63,455 bases of DNA, filler included, from Octopus bimaculoides (GCF_001194135.2; 4 parts of 4 records of this genome joined end to end with filler, not necessarily neighbours in it); one strand, 5' to 3'; shown: positions 49,718 through 63,014, numbered from the whole stretch's first letter. Translations and numbers: made by a program. The notes: generated from the sequence alone by a model not told the origin.

Positions 49718-49751
49718 CACACACGTTTCCACCCATTGGATGAGTAGGCAT
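49718..49751 (-). CDS. PKM: Candidate first coding exon of pyruvate kinase (MPTHPMGGNVC + 1 nt)
   Basis: AAAA-ATG context and a strong donor (G|GTGAGT). The 34-nt phase-1 end is exactly what the 17-nt micro-exon needs to be in frame. A polypyrimidine-CAG acceptor sits at 49806-49808. The exon lies across an artificial spacer from the rest of the gene. Confidence 0.55.
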
Positions 49752-51022
49752 TTTTAATAAGCTACCATGAACAGGGTTTTCCTTTATACTTCATTTTTGT
49801 TAAAGCTGGAGTAAAATTAATAAATACATGATCAGACATAAACGAAATGAAAGAAAGAGAATAATATTATATTACATGTAATCATTTTAAAGTAGCTAGT
49901 TACTAGAAACTGCGCCCGAACGATGGATAAAAGCATTTGCATTAGTATATTACTTACGTAATAGAACGTGACAAAATGTCGTGCGAAATGTAGTTATGTC
50001 TTTTATGATGCCGAGATCGAATCTTGTCGAGGTCCACTTTGCCTTTTACTCGCCATGGATCTATGAAATCATGACCAGAGATATAGGGGCTGCTAAATTT
50101 AATCTGTTATACAACCCCCTTAAACGATTTATGACATTAGGCAAAACCGTCAGAGAATCTGAAATTGCAGTATTTCGTCCCGATCTTTCCGCTCTAAATT
50201 CAAATCCCACTGGGGCTGTTTTTTTATCTGTTATCTCTCCAAGGTTTACAAAACAAAGCACTGGAATGGATGTTATCCACTAACGCCTTCCCTTTATGAT
50301 TGTTGGCCTTGTACCAAAATTTGAAATAGTTATTCCGGCTAAAGAATACCAGAAGAAAGGCATTAATGTTAGATAATAACGCAGAACATCCTAAAGTTGA
50401 CATGTAATAAAAGCAGCTACAGAAATCAACAGAGAGGTTAATTTAGTTTCATATTCTCGTAATGAGTCAAATCTAATTCTTGATTTGAATTATTCGATGA
50501 CTCAAATAGAAATAGTGATTTCAAATTTTGGCACAAGGCCAATAATTTCGTGGTGGGGTGGGGTTGAAGTCGATCACACTGACCCCAGTATTTATCTGGT
50601 ACTTAATTTATCGACCCCCGAAAGGATAAAAGGCAAAATCGACCTTGACGGTATTTGAACTCAGATCGAAAAGAGGGACGAAATACCTATTTCTTTATTG
50701 CCCACAAGGGGCTAAACATAGAGGGGACAAACAAGGACAGACAAAGGGATTAAGTCGAATACATCGACCCCAGTGCGTAACTGGTACTTAATTTATCGAC
50801 CCCGAAAGGATGAAAGGCAAAGTCGACCTCGGCGGAATTTGAACTCAGAACGTCACAGCAGACGAAATACCGCTAGGCATTTCGCCCGGCGTGCTAACGT
50901 TTCCGCCAGCTCGACGGACAAAATACCGCTAAGCATTTTGTCCGGCGTACAAACGATTCTGCCAAAAGCCGCCTTAACTCAAATAGAAATATTACCTTAA
51001 ATTAAATGCCTTAATTCTGTGA

Positions 51023-51407
51023 GTGGAGGCGCAATGGCCCATTGGTTAGAGCAGTGGATTCGCGGTCATAGAATCGTGGTTTCGATTCCCAGACCGGGCG
51101 TTGTGAGTGCTTATTGTACGAAAACACCTAAAGCTCCACGAAGCTCCGGCAGGGAGTGGTAGCGAACCCTGCTGTACTCTTTCGCCACAACTTTCTCTCA
51201 CACTTTCTTCCTGTTTCTGTTGTACCTGTATTTCGAAGGAGCCAGCCTTGTCACACTTTATGTCACGCTGAATCACCCCCGAGAACGACGTTAAGGGTAC
51301 ACGTGTCTGTGGAGTACTCTGCCACTTGCACGTTAATTTCACGAGCAGGCTGTTCCGTTGATCGAATCAACTGGAACCCTCGTCGTCGTAATCGACGGAG
51401 TGCCACG
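51023..51407 (+). mobile_element. Full-length tRNA-derived SINE (about 385 bp)
   Basis: A-box tggcccattggttag and B-box ggtttcgattcc. TSD aattctgtga / aattttgtga. Near-identical paralogue at 59357. Confidence 0.9.
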
Positions 51408-51898
51408 AATTTTGTGAAGGCTGTTATTATAATAAACCCTTGCGTTTTATGACCGCAAAGATATCGTCTGAAAATTTTTATTTTACTCCGCCATTTTAAG
51501 TTTGTATTAACCTTCAATAAGTCTTACTCAAAACATTCTTTTCTCCAAGCAAGATAAGTTGTCGCAGGGAGAAAAACGAACACTAGCTGCAACAGGTGTC
51601 CAAATTTACATCTTTAAAATCATTCATCTTACCACCCACAGTTTGCGTGACAGATGGTCTAATTCGACAATGTATTTGATTAACTCTCTTAGGCATAACA
51701 ATTTTAAAACCCTCTCCCTGTGTGCTCGCACGCGCACATACACAGATGTACGCGCGCAAGCGTATATATCTGTGATTGTGGTGGTGGTGGTGGTGATGTT
51801 GGTGACATTAGATCTTGAATGAGGTGTAGCGCTGGCGGCGTGACATACTGTGTGTCCTGGACATATTTCAAACTTAAAAAGCCGGCTGTTTTCATAGA

Positions 51899-51933
<35 letters not shown>

Positions 51934-51994
51934 AGAAGAAGAAGAAGAAGAAGAAGAAGAAGAAGAAGAAGAAGAAGAAGAAGAAGAAAAAGAA

Positions 51995-52029
<35 letters not shown>

Positions 52030-52069
52030 AGAAGAAGAAGAAGAAGAAGAAGAAGAAGAAGAAGAAGAG
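51899..52069. repeat. (AAG)n microsatellite
   Basis: Directly visible. Confidence 0.98.
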
Positions 52070-52479
52070 CTAATGTTATTACTGAATATTATTTTAGTTA
52101 TTTCGCTTAACATATTAAGACAATGACGGAAATAAAGTTCCTTCTTATTATAGTTATAGACTTCACTTATATGCCTTCATTCGTATACAATGTTTACCTA
52201 TGTGCGTGAGGGCGCACGCTCGTGTGCATGTATGCGTTTGTGTGTATGTGTGTGTGCGAGCGTAGGTACAAGTATATGACCGTATGTGAGTATCGTTGCT
52301 GTGAGGAAGAAATGTACTGGTTCATTATCTAATTACCAATTATTGTGCATAAAAATCAGACGAGGTTGGTCTCTTTAAATAAGTTATATCTATTAAAAGA
52401 GGACTTTCAGAATATGAAAAAGCGGATGATTATTAGTGTGAAATGTTGATACCTGTCCATCAAAAAAAGACGGAAGAAT

Positions 52480-53440
52480 TGCCGCTAAGCATTTTGTCCG
52501 ACGCAGTAACGATTCTGCCATCTCGCTGCCTTACGTTTGATAAATGCTTCTAATTTCTTTATTGCCCACAAGGGGATAAACATAGAGGGGACAAACAAGG
52601 ACAGACAAAGGGATTAAGTCGATTACATCGACCCCAGTGCGTAACTGGTGCTTATTTAATCGACTCCGATAAATGTTTCTTTCAATATTCCTTTCTACTA
52701 CAAACACAATGCCGATAATTTTGGGAGAAAGGGCAGGTCGCTTACATCAATTCCAGTGCTTGGCTGGCATTTATTTCCTCGACCCCGGAAGGATGATAGG
52801 CAAAGTCGACCTCGGCGGAATTTGAACTCAGAACGTAAAGACAGACGTAAGCATTTCGCCCGGCGTTTCTTATTTTTTTTATTGCCCACAAGGGGCTAAA
52901 CATAGAAGGGACAAACAAGGACAGACAAAGGGATCAAGTCGATTAGATCGACCTCAGTGCGTAACGAGTACCTAATTTATCGATCCCGAAATTATGAAAG
53001 GCAAAGTCGACCTCGGCGGAACTTGAACTCAGAACGTAACGGCAGACGAAATACCGCTAAGCATTTCGCCTGGCACGCTAACGTTTCTGCCAGCTCGCCN
53101 NNNNNNNNNNNNNTCGACCCCGGAAGGATGATAGGCAAAGTCGACCTCGGCGGAATTTGAACTCAGAACGTAAAGACAGACGTAAGCATTTCGCCCGGCG
53201 TTTCTTATTTTTTTTATTGCCCACAAGGGGCGAAACATAGAAGGGACAAACAAGGACAGACAAAGGGATCAAGTCGATTAGATCGACCTCAGTGCGTAAC
53301 GAGTACCTAATTTATCGATCCCGAAATTATGAAAGGCAAAGTCGACCTCGGCGGAACTTGAACTCAGAACGTAACGGCAGACGAAATACCGCTAAGCATT
53401 TCGCCTGGCACGCTAACGTTTCTGCCAGCTCGCCGCCTTA
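52480..53440 (-). mobile_element. Cluster of third-family SINEs on the reverse strand
   Basis: Repeated gatgaaaggcaaagtcgacctcggcggaatttgaactcagaacgta. Further - strand copies at about 300-415, 50540-50980, 57500-57685 and 61080-61870. Confidence 0.88.
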
Positions 53441-53971
53441 GTGGTGCAGAAATATTGCAGTTATACTGATACATACAGAGTAATATAAGCGGAAATCTAG
53501 AATTAATTTGCTCTTTAAATTAGAATACATTAAAAATAATAACGTAACGGAGAAAGCAAAAAAATACTTTTCTTGCGTTAAACCTGGAAAGAAATGTTAT
53601 AAAATATCGATCGAGTATACCATAAAGTTGACAGATTATTTCTCTATAAGAAGCTAATTTATCGGACATGTTAATATTTAAAAGAAAATAAACATTATGC
53701 GGTTAGGTTTAAATCAAGATTAGACGTTGATTAGATGCATAGTCACACATACATAATTATGAGTAATATATGAATATGTAAATGCAAGTATGATTTTAAC
53801 GTCGCGTTTCCTCGAAGAAAAATTACAACATGGAAGCTTTAGTGGAAAACTTTATACAATTAGTAACGAGACACACTGTGTTCTGACATCCATTAAAGTA
53901 ACAATCTATCTCTACCAAAATCAAGGGTGTCAACGTGAATACCTATCGCTCATATTCATATGTACACACAC

Positions 53972-54013
<42 letters not shown>

Positions 54014-54045
54014 GTATATATATATATATACATACACACACACAC

Positions 54046-54099
<54 letters not shown>

Positions 54100-56214
54100 G
54101 TATGCGTGTATATATGTATATTCCCAAGTTAAGCAGACTATATTTCCGCTTAGTAACAGGCGGGAAATTTCAAAAGAACCAATTTCATTGCGCATTTATG
54201 AGAAATTCGGTCAGACGAAGATTTTGAGCTTCGATAGACCCTCCTACATACATACATATCTACGCACATGCATAAATACCACACACCCCTTCACTTCCAC
54301 ACAAACGTAAATGAATGCACAGACGTTTATATACATACATACATGTGTTTGTATTAAGTATTTACGTAGGAAGACATATTGCAATTGTATAGATTTAATG
54401 ATAGAACATGTGCTCATCTATTGTCTACATCCGGGATTTGTGACAGCAATTTGACTATTCTACCCACTGTGTATGTAGTTCTTACAATCGTCTCACAATA
54501 AAGGAAAGCTTTCCCGCTGAGAATATTTCCGACTTTCATATTTTCGACTGATATCAATCACTCTCACACTTTTGTTATTTACTTATTGCTTATGCAGAGT
54601 CACTTGCTATGCATATATTTTGAGTAAATATAGCATGTATATGAGTTGATATATATGTGTCTGCTTCTATTCCTATGTATGCGTGATCGCGCGTTTAAGA
54701 GTGCATATATCTTTGTAGATTTAATGTGTTGATATGAACAGTGATATAAATATATCTATTCAACCGTCTGCCACTACTTTAAGTTTCACGAAAGCTCAGT
54801 CAAACAGCCATGGTTATTATAATGTAAAACATGCATTAATTCAAGATGGCACCGATGCCTATCTTTTTCAATGGTTAGCAAAATCCACGTAAGTCACTCG
54901 TAAACGACAATAATCAACAAATAAAGAAAGGAACATATTTGTTAAAACGAAAGAACTGAATTTAACTTGAATGTAAAATTCGACGCTTATTTTAAAATTT
55001 ATCACAGTTTTCCGGTCAGACGTGGATTTTGAGCTTCGATAGCCGACACACACACAAACAGACAGATAGACACACACAAACAGACAGATAGACACACACA
55101 AACAGACAGATAGACACACACACAAACGGACAGATTCACACACACGCACACACAAAAACACACACACACACATACATATNNNNNNNNNNAAACAGACAGA
55201 TAGACACACACACAAACGGACAGATTCACGCACACGCACACACAAAAACACACACACACACACACATATACAAACAGACAGATACACACACACACACACA
55301 TACACACATATATTTACGCGCATGAAGAAACATCACACCACCTACACTTCTACACAAACAGCTAATTCGAAGACTACAGATCCAATCCATCACTGGAACT
55401 GTAAAAATCTGTAAGACTTTCCAGAAGTTTATCATTTAAATATATAGGAGCATGTCTAGATATGTAAGTATATGCATGAGAATACATACATAAAGCAAAA
55501 CATACAAATCTGCACATATACATACATACATACATACATACATACATACAAAAATACCATGCTGTTGATGTTGAAATTATAATGAAGGAGCCTTGAATCA
55601 AGGTTAGAAACCGACTCTTTCTCTATTGGCAAGAAATCTTGAAATAAAACTGAACAATGAGATACATATAAATATATTTATTCAAACGTGTATCATTATA
55701 AGTTCCACGAAGGCTCAAGCAAATGGTTAGGGTTGTTATAACGTAGCCATTGAGCGTATAAAAACATATCTTTTTAAAGAGAGTTGACTGTATTTGTTTT
55801 GTTAGTTAGAGTCTATATTTAATCCAAATTTCAATTTTCCTTTAGGTGTTGAATCTCTTTCTACAACGAGTGTTAGTTGTAATTTCGACTGGTTTTGTGT
55901 GGTTAAAAATTCTTGTACGGGTATATGGTTGATAGCATCAAGTATTTATCAATATAAATGAAAATTGAACGAGTAGGTGTCTTTATTCTCTCTCTCGGTT
56001 GCACGTATTTGAGTATAGCTATTCCTATCACATAATTACTTCACTTTATCAGAGATTGCTTTTTCTGCCTTTTAAGATCGTTATGTATTTCGTATCTATA
56101 AGTACTACATATTAGTGACAGACATACAGTAAAACAATGTAGACAATGCATAATATTGGTTTCAAATTTTGACACAAGGCTAATAATTTCGGCCATTCCA
56201 GTAGACTTATTTTC

Positions 56215-56810
56215 ATGTTTCGCATCCATTCCTTGACAGCTTTTGACAATTGCATACTTTAGTTATACTCTTAGAGGATAAAATTATCTCTACTTTCTTC
56301 TCTAATACAAGGCAAGGCTCTCGTTTGCAACAGCTGGATGTAACTCATATTGTTCTGCTTTCCTTTCAGTCACTCTGACCAAAAATATTCATTTGGAAAG
56401 ACCATGCCCATACTATTACTCCACCGCTGCCCATCTGCGTCATGTTCAGCATCATTGGTTCACCTTTCCTTGACCAAGGGTACCATCTGTCAGTAAAAAT
56501 TATTTTGCTAAAATCAACAGTAGTTAACCATAACGTTGCGCAGTTTAATCTTGCCTTTTTTTTTTCTTTTTTTTTTTTTTTTTTTTTTTTTTGCTTAAAT
56601 GAATTTTCCTCTTAGCCGTTCCATACTCGTATCCAATTTCCTTCGGCATCCTTTGAACTTTTCGAACATTTACATGTATTTCACATTTGTGCTTCACCTT
56701 CCGTGTCGCAACCTTTCTCCAGCTTCCCCATTTCAGGACACGGTCAGTTTCATTCGCCTTTGAGTTTTCTACCCAAGTGATTTTCCTTCCGGTTACAGTC
56801 ATTCTTTAAG
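56215..56810 (-). mobile_element. Tc1/Tc3-like transposase relic (pseudogenised)
   Basis: HTH-like KVKHKCEIHVNVRKVQRMPKEIGYEYGTAKRKIHLS, then KARLNCATLWLTTVDFSKIIFTD (first D), GSGGVIVWAW, and SYIQLLQTRALPCIRE...DNFIL*EYN*S (second D region). A poly-A expansion, stops and frameshifts are present. Confidence 0.75.
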
Positions 56811-57736
56811 ATACATTCCATTGTAAACTTCGAAATGTTAAAATCAACAAGTATTTTGCTCACGCTTAGGCCATCTTCTCTTCCTCCGAACTACAAACAA
56901 TTATTGCCCTTGAATGCATTTTCATCCGAAGAAAAGTTTTTCTCAAATAAAGAAAGGTTTCTTGAAGGACATTACTTATTGATCTACTACTTCTGCCTTT
57001 GCATAAAAATGTTTGAAAGCATTGTCCAAGGTGTTGCTAAAGTAAGCACTCTGTTATATCCGAAAAATAACGTCGCATAATTTATATCGAAATATGCAAA
57101 GAAAAAATAATAATACTAACAAATGCTATCAATAAAGTAAAAACTGAAATATGCATCTTGCTTTCAGTCAAATTAAAGTTTACAAGTACGTACTTAGCAA
57201 CTTTTAGTAGCTCCACGAAATAAACATTCCAGAAGAACAATTTTTCAGGTGTCTGAAAAACTTTGTCGATCTCCTGCAATGTGTATTTGTAAGATGATCA
57301 TGTATGGTGCACTGCTCCCATGATGCCAGATCTACCATCTGTTGCGTCTTGCACAATGTAAGATATCTACCAACTGTCATAGTAGGAACTACACTTATAG
57401 AATGCATTGGTTTCTTCTGTCTGATATCACTTCTAATAACATGTCAAGCTTGATTTTCTAGAAATAACTCTTTTTAGTATAGATGCAAAGCCTGAAATTT
57501 TGTGGTAAAGGGGCCAGTCAATTACATCGACCCTAGTACTTAACTGGTACTATATTTTATTGGCTTTGAATGATGAATCGCAAAGTTAATCACAGTGGTA
57601 TTTGAACCCAGAACATAAAAAGGTTGAAGAAATGCCACTAAGCATTTTGTCCGATGTGTTAACGATTCTGCCAGCTCACCACCTTTCTAGAAATAATAGC
57701 CAAAAAGTGCGCAACTGGTGAGGATTTGGACTCGAA

Positions 57737-58222
57737 ATGTGGCTTTTTGCCACATTCGAGGACATAGAAAGAATTCCCTACCAGATAGAAGTGGAGGATG
57801 AGCGAACGTTAAATGTTGTAGTCGAGGGAAGGAAACCAAATTGCTACATATGCGGGAAAAGAGGTCATATGAAGACCAAATGCCCCCTATATGAGTTCAC
57901 ACAGCCACAGCAAGAGAAAGCACAAGCAGAGGAGGAAAACATTGTAGACCACACTGAGGAAATGAAAGAGAGACAGAAGTGTGAAACAGAGAAAACAAAA
58001 GAGAAGAACGAAAATGGAGCTACTAACCCTAAAAAGCGAAGGAAGAATAAGTCAAAGGAACGGTCAACAGAAAACAAAAAAGAGATAGAAAAGCCAGAAA
58101 CTAATAATGTACAAGAAGAGAAGGAGAGAACGGATAAAGATGTGAAATACAAGGGGGTTTTGATAAAGTACGAGAATTGCGAGCAGATGGGGAGAGAAAA
58201 GTCGAGAGGTTGGAAGAAATAA
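57737..58222 (+). mobile_element. Gag-like/LINE ORF1 fragment with a CCHC zinc knuckle (161-aa open frame)
   Basis: IPYQIEVEDERTLNVVVEGRKPNCYICGKRGHMKTKC (C-x2-C-x4-H-x4-C), followed by a K/E-rich tail. An in-frame stop lies just upstream and no ORF2 follows. Confidence 0.72.
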
Positions 58223-59356
58223 TAAGAGTGAAGATGCCTGAGAAATGTGCTGAGAAATGCATTTTGATACACGAGGAAAGCTACTGGGAGTACATAAAAG
58301 AACTTGGTGAAAATATAACAACGATAAGGGTATGGTTGGTGCAGACACCACCCACTAGAACTGATTAGTTGCAGTTGATAAGGACACAAGTAATAACAGT
58401 GATTAATGGGAGAAACGTAACGCGAGTGTCTCCATTTTTTGAGTTGCAAAACTGATAAAATGTTTACATGATGTTTAACGTAAAATTGAAAAACTGGATA
58501 AATGTAACCACCCGACTTCGGGGGTCGAGTGGACATTGCACCTCATTTTTTCATTCTTGCGTATTATCATTTTATTTTAATTTTTCTTCTATTATCATTC
58601 GCTTTTGTAATTTTTAGTTCCCCGATTGTATGTTTGTTGCGTTTTGTACCGTCTTTATGTTTTGTGATGTCTTAAAAATTCTTTGTGTACCCCTTTATGG
58701 CTAATAAAGAAATAGGTATTTCGTCTGTCTTTATATTTTCAGTTCAAATTCCGCCGAGGCCGACAAATTAAGTACCAGTTGCGTTCCGGGGTCGATCTAA
58801 TTCCCTACCCCCCCAAAATTTGGGCCTTGTGCCTAGAGTAGAAAAGAATATTTTATAATGTTTCAGTCATTGGTTTAGTTTTGATGTATTTTTACTTACT
58901 TAGCATTGATCAAAAAGCAGCTTTGCCACATTGTAGATTCCTTAATCCGGGCTGCTCCTGGCTGACGAAATACAATGATGTCGAAATACCGTCGAAATAC
59001 CGAATGTACCAGAGTCCCTCGTGCTAATGATTCGAATGTGTTATGAGCACAAATTCGGTGCAAATAGTAGTTATCCTCTTGTGATGAAAGACCACTGCGA
59101 TTAGCATATTTACGTTCGAGACAGCCGGAACTATTGAGAATAAATAAGCATGGCATCGTCATCTTAATTTTGAGACTTTATAAAATCATTGGAATTTATG
59201 ATTGGTGCTAGTAGACTTTACATTTTATTTAATTTCTACAGATTTCTTTCGACCGTTTTTGAGCTAAGAGTTCAACAAAAAATTCGGGTCTGTAATTTAT
59301 TGTATTTTATTGTATTTTGTATTGGTGGAGATATAAATAGTGTGTCCTATTGGTAA

Positions 59357-59742
59357 GTGGAGGCGCAATGGCCCAGTGGTTAGGGCAGTGGACTCGCGGT
59401 CATAGGTTCGCGGTTTCGATTCCCAGACCGGGCGTTGTGAGTGTTTATTGAGCGAAAACACCTAAAGCTCCACGAGGCTCAGGCAGGGGATGGTGGCGGA
59501 CCCTGCTGTACTCTTTCACCACAACTTTCTCTCACTATTTCTTCCTGTTTCTGTTGTAACTGTAATTCAAAGGGCCAGCCTTGTCACACTGTGTCACGCT
59601 GAATATCCCCGAGAACTACGTTAAGGGTACAAGTGTCTGTGGAGTGCTCAGCCACTTGCACGTTAATTTCACGAGCAGGCTGTTCCGTTGATCGAATCAA
59701 CTGGAACCCTCGACGTCGTAAGCGACGGAGTGCCAACAACTT
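59357..59742 (+). mobile_element. Full-length tRNA-derived SINE (same family as 51023)
   Basis: A and B boxes present, with a perfect 10-bp TSD ctattggtaa (59347-59356 and 59743-59752). Confidence 0.92.
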
Positions 59743-59904
59743 CTATTGGTAAATTCATTAGTGCGTCGAACAAATGCCTTTCGGTTACGATTCTGATTCA
59801 TTCTTCTCTAAATTCAAATCCCACAGAGGTCAACTTTGCCTTTCATCCTTCTGGTGTCAATTAAAGAGCATTATTTTACGCCATGTTATTTTACGCCAGG
59901 TTAG

Positions 59905-60285
59905 GTGAGCAGATCACCTTGTTTGAATGCCTGACACACAATTTCCCAAAAGACTGTTTTGCAGCGAAATGGCAAGAAGGAAAGCACACACAAAGTGGAC
60001 AGAAAAAAAAACACTTCAAAGATACACTAAAAGCTTCACTGAAGTGCTTTCAGATCAACCCCTACACATGGGAAATACAAGAACAGGACTGCCCTGCCTG
60101 GCGCAGCTGCACCAACAGAGGTACCACCTCCTACAAGCATAACAGGATCGCGTGAGCACAAAGAAAACGTGAGCGGCGAAAGTCCAGAGCCAACTCCTCG
60201 CCCCTTCATTCCCAGCAGACCACCAATGCCCGGCCTGCGGCAGAGCCTTCGGAGCACACCCCTCAGACTGATCGGTCTGCAATGG
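59905..60285 (+). mobile_element. RTE/BovB-like LINE 3' end fragment
   Basis: PKRLF...GKHTQSGQKKKHFKDTLKASLKCFQINPYTWEIQEQDCPAWRS...RKRERRK plus a decayed terminal zinc finger. Confidence 0.85.
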
Positions 60286-60324
60286 TTGTGGTGACTATTG
60301 TAAGTATGCATGTATGTATGTATG

Positions 60325-60328
<4 letters not shown>

Positions 60329-60420
<92 letters not shown>

Positions 60421-60592
60421 ATAGTAGTAGTAGTGATGGTTGTCTTGACGTCTTTATGACGGCAGAGGTAGTAGTGTTGGTGATGTTTCTCGCTGAAGTG
60501 GATGCGGGAGGGACAAGTATGATATTTATTATAATACTGGTCCCAATAGTAGCAGTAGTAGTAGCAACAGCAGCAGCAGCAGTAGCAGCAGC

Positions 60593-60652
<60 letters not shown>
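60329..60652. repeat. (TTA)n-(TAG)n-(CAG)n compound microsatellites
   Basis: Directly visible. Confidence 0.95.
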
Positions 60653-60653
<1 letters not shown>

Positions 60654-60915
60654 CTGATGTTTGGAGCGACGGTTGTATTTATTGTGCCACGCAGGTCGTG
60701 ATGGTTTTGGCAGCGACGGTGTTATTTAGTGTTTCGTTGAAATAACATACTGTATAATTCATTTACAAATTTGGCAATGTACCCAGTCTTACTTGATGCT
60801 TTTCACAAGGTGTTTGTTTTCTCCTTAGCGAATGTCGTAATCGAGATACTAAATAGGCAATTCCAAGTTCAAATCCTTCAAAAAAGCAAATATGTATTCT
60901 TTATTGGGGTAATAT

Positions 60916-61015
60916 NNNNNNNNNNNNNNNNNNNNNNNNNNNNNNNNNNNNNNNNNNNNTTAATTAATTAANNNNNNNNNNNNNNNNNNNNNNNNNNNNN
61001 NNNNNNNNNNNNNNN
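60916..61015. other. Artificial scaffold spacer (44N-TTAATTAATTAA-44N)
   Basis: Same structure as 21615-21714. Confidence 0.95.
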
Positions 61016-61609
61016 ATTACATTTCTGCTGAGTTACCAGTCCTTTATATAAACTAATAATAATAAGAATAATAATAATCCTTTCTACTGTAGGCACAAGG
61101 CCTGAAATTTGGATGGGAGGGGATTAAATAGATTATATCAACCCCAGTGTGTAACTGGTGCTTATTTAATCGACCCCAAAAGGATTATAACTAAAGTCGA
61201 CCTTAGCAGAATTTGAACTCAGAACATAGCGACAGGTGAAGTACCACAAAGCATTTCAGCCAACGAGCTAAAGATTCTGCCAGCTCACCGCCTTACTACC
61301 AATAATAATAATGATGATAATCCTGTCTACTATAGATTCAATGTCAACGAATCTGCCAACTTGTAACCCCAACAATCCATTCTACTATAAACACAGGGCC
61401 TGAAATTTTGGGGGAAGGGACATGTCAATTACAGTGACCCCAGTGTTTCACTGGTACTTAATTTATTGGCCCCGAAAGGATAAAAGGCAAAGTCGACTTT
61501 GGTGGAATTTGAACTCAGAACAGAATGACAGCTAAAATACCACTAAGCATTTCATCCAGCGTGCTAACAACTCTGCCAGCTCACCACCTTACCACTACTA
61601 CTACTAATG

Positions 61610-61640
<31 letters not shown>

Positions 61641-61924
61641 CTACCATAGGCACAAGGCCTGAAATTTTGGGGGAAAGGACATATGTCAATTACATTGACC
61701 CCAGCGTTTCATTAGTATTTAATTTATTCTTTTCTGCTCTAGGCACAAAGCCCGAAATTTTTGGAGAGAGGGCCAGTCTATTAGATCGCAACTGGTACCT
61801 AATTTATTGACCCTGAAAGGATGAAAGGCAAAGTCAAATTTGGCGAATTTGAACTCAGATCGTAGAACTGGTGAAATAATAATAATAATAACAACAATAA
61901 GAAGAAAAAGGAGAAGGTAAAATA

Positions 61925-61960
<36 letters not shown>

Positions 61961-62379
61961 GAAAATACATAGGAAAGAACTAGTGTTCACATGAAATCGA
62001 GGAAAAATAAAAAATGAGAAATTGTGATGCAGAAAGAAAAAAAAGAAAAAGCACTAAGATAAAAAATGCAAAAAAATATAAAAAATAAATGTAAGACTAA
62101 GATGGAAAGGAAGAGTGAGAAAAATACCCCAAAGAAATAGATAAAAAAAAAAGAACAAAGACCAAAATACTGAAGAGAAATAACTCGAAAATAACTGACA
62201 AGCCACTGTGTGTGTGTGTGTGTGTGTGTGGTGTATGTATATACATATGTTATATACATATATTACACAAACACATACATATATATGTGTGTACATGTGT
62301 GTGTCTGTATGTATACACATATATACAAAGAGATAGATAGATAGATATAGATACATATATATGTATACATATATGTGTA

Positions 62380-62432
<53 letters not shown>

Positions 62433-62775
62433 ATATATCAAAGAGAGAGTGAGGGGGGGAGAGATCCGTGTGTGTGTGTGTATGAATGTGTGTGTGTATG
62501 AATGTGTGTGTGTATGAATGTGTGTGTGGTGTGTGTATATACATATGCTATATACATATATTACACAAACACATACATACATCATCATCATCATCATCAT
62601 CGTTTAACGTCCGCTTTCAATGCTAGCATGGGTTGGACGACTTGACTGAGGACTGGTGAAACCGGATGGCAACACCAGGCTCATATATATATCTGCATGT
62701 GTGTATATGTATACACATATATACAAAGAAATAGATAGATAGATATAGATACATATATATGTATATATATGTATT

Positions 62776-62807
<32 letters not shown>

Positions 62808-62983
62808 AATATATATATATANNNNNNNNNNNNNNNNNNNNNNNNNNNNNNNNNNNNNNNNNNNNNNNNNNNNNNNNNNNNNNNNNNNNNNNNNNNNNNN
62901 NNNNNNNNNNNNNNNNNNNNNNNNNNNNNNNNNNNNNNNNNNNNNNNNNNNNNNNNNNNNNNNNNNNNGTGTGTATGTGTGTG

Positions 62984-63014
<31 letters not shown>

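Noticed and set aside
51023-51095. tRNA-like sequence (also 59357-59425 and 38690-38765) as tRNA genes
   Set aside because: The acceptor stem does not close, and each is followed by the same SINE body and flanked by TSDs.
57020-57420. Possible second mariner-like remnant
   Set aside because: Only a TIR-like start was seen, with no convincing catalytic motifs.
62200-62821. Duplicated low-complexity blocks around a SINE-tail fragment
   Set aside because: Microsatellite-rich and next to a gap; real duplication cannot be separated from misassembly, and there is no functional signal.
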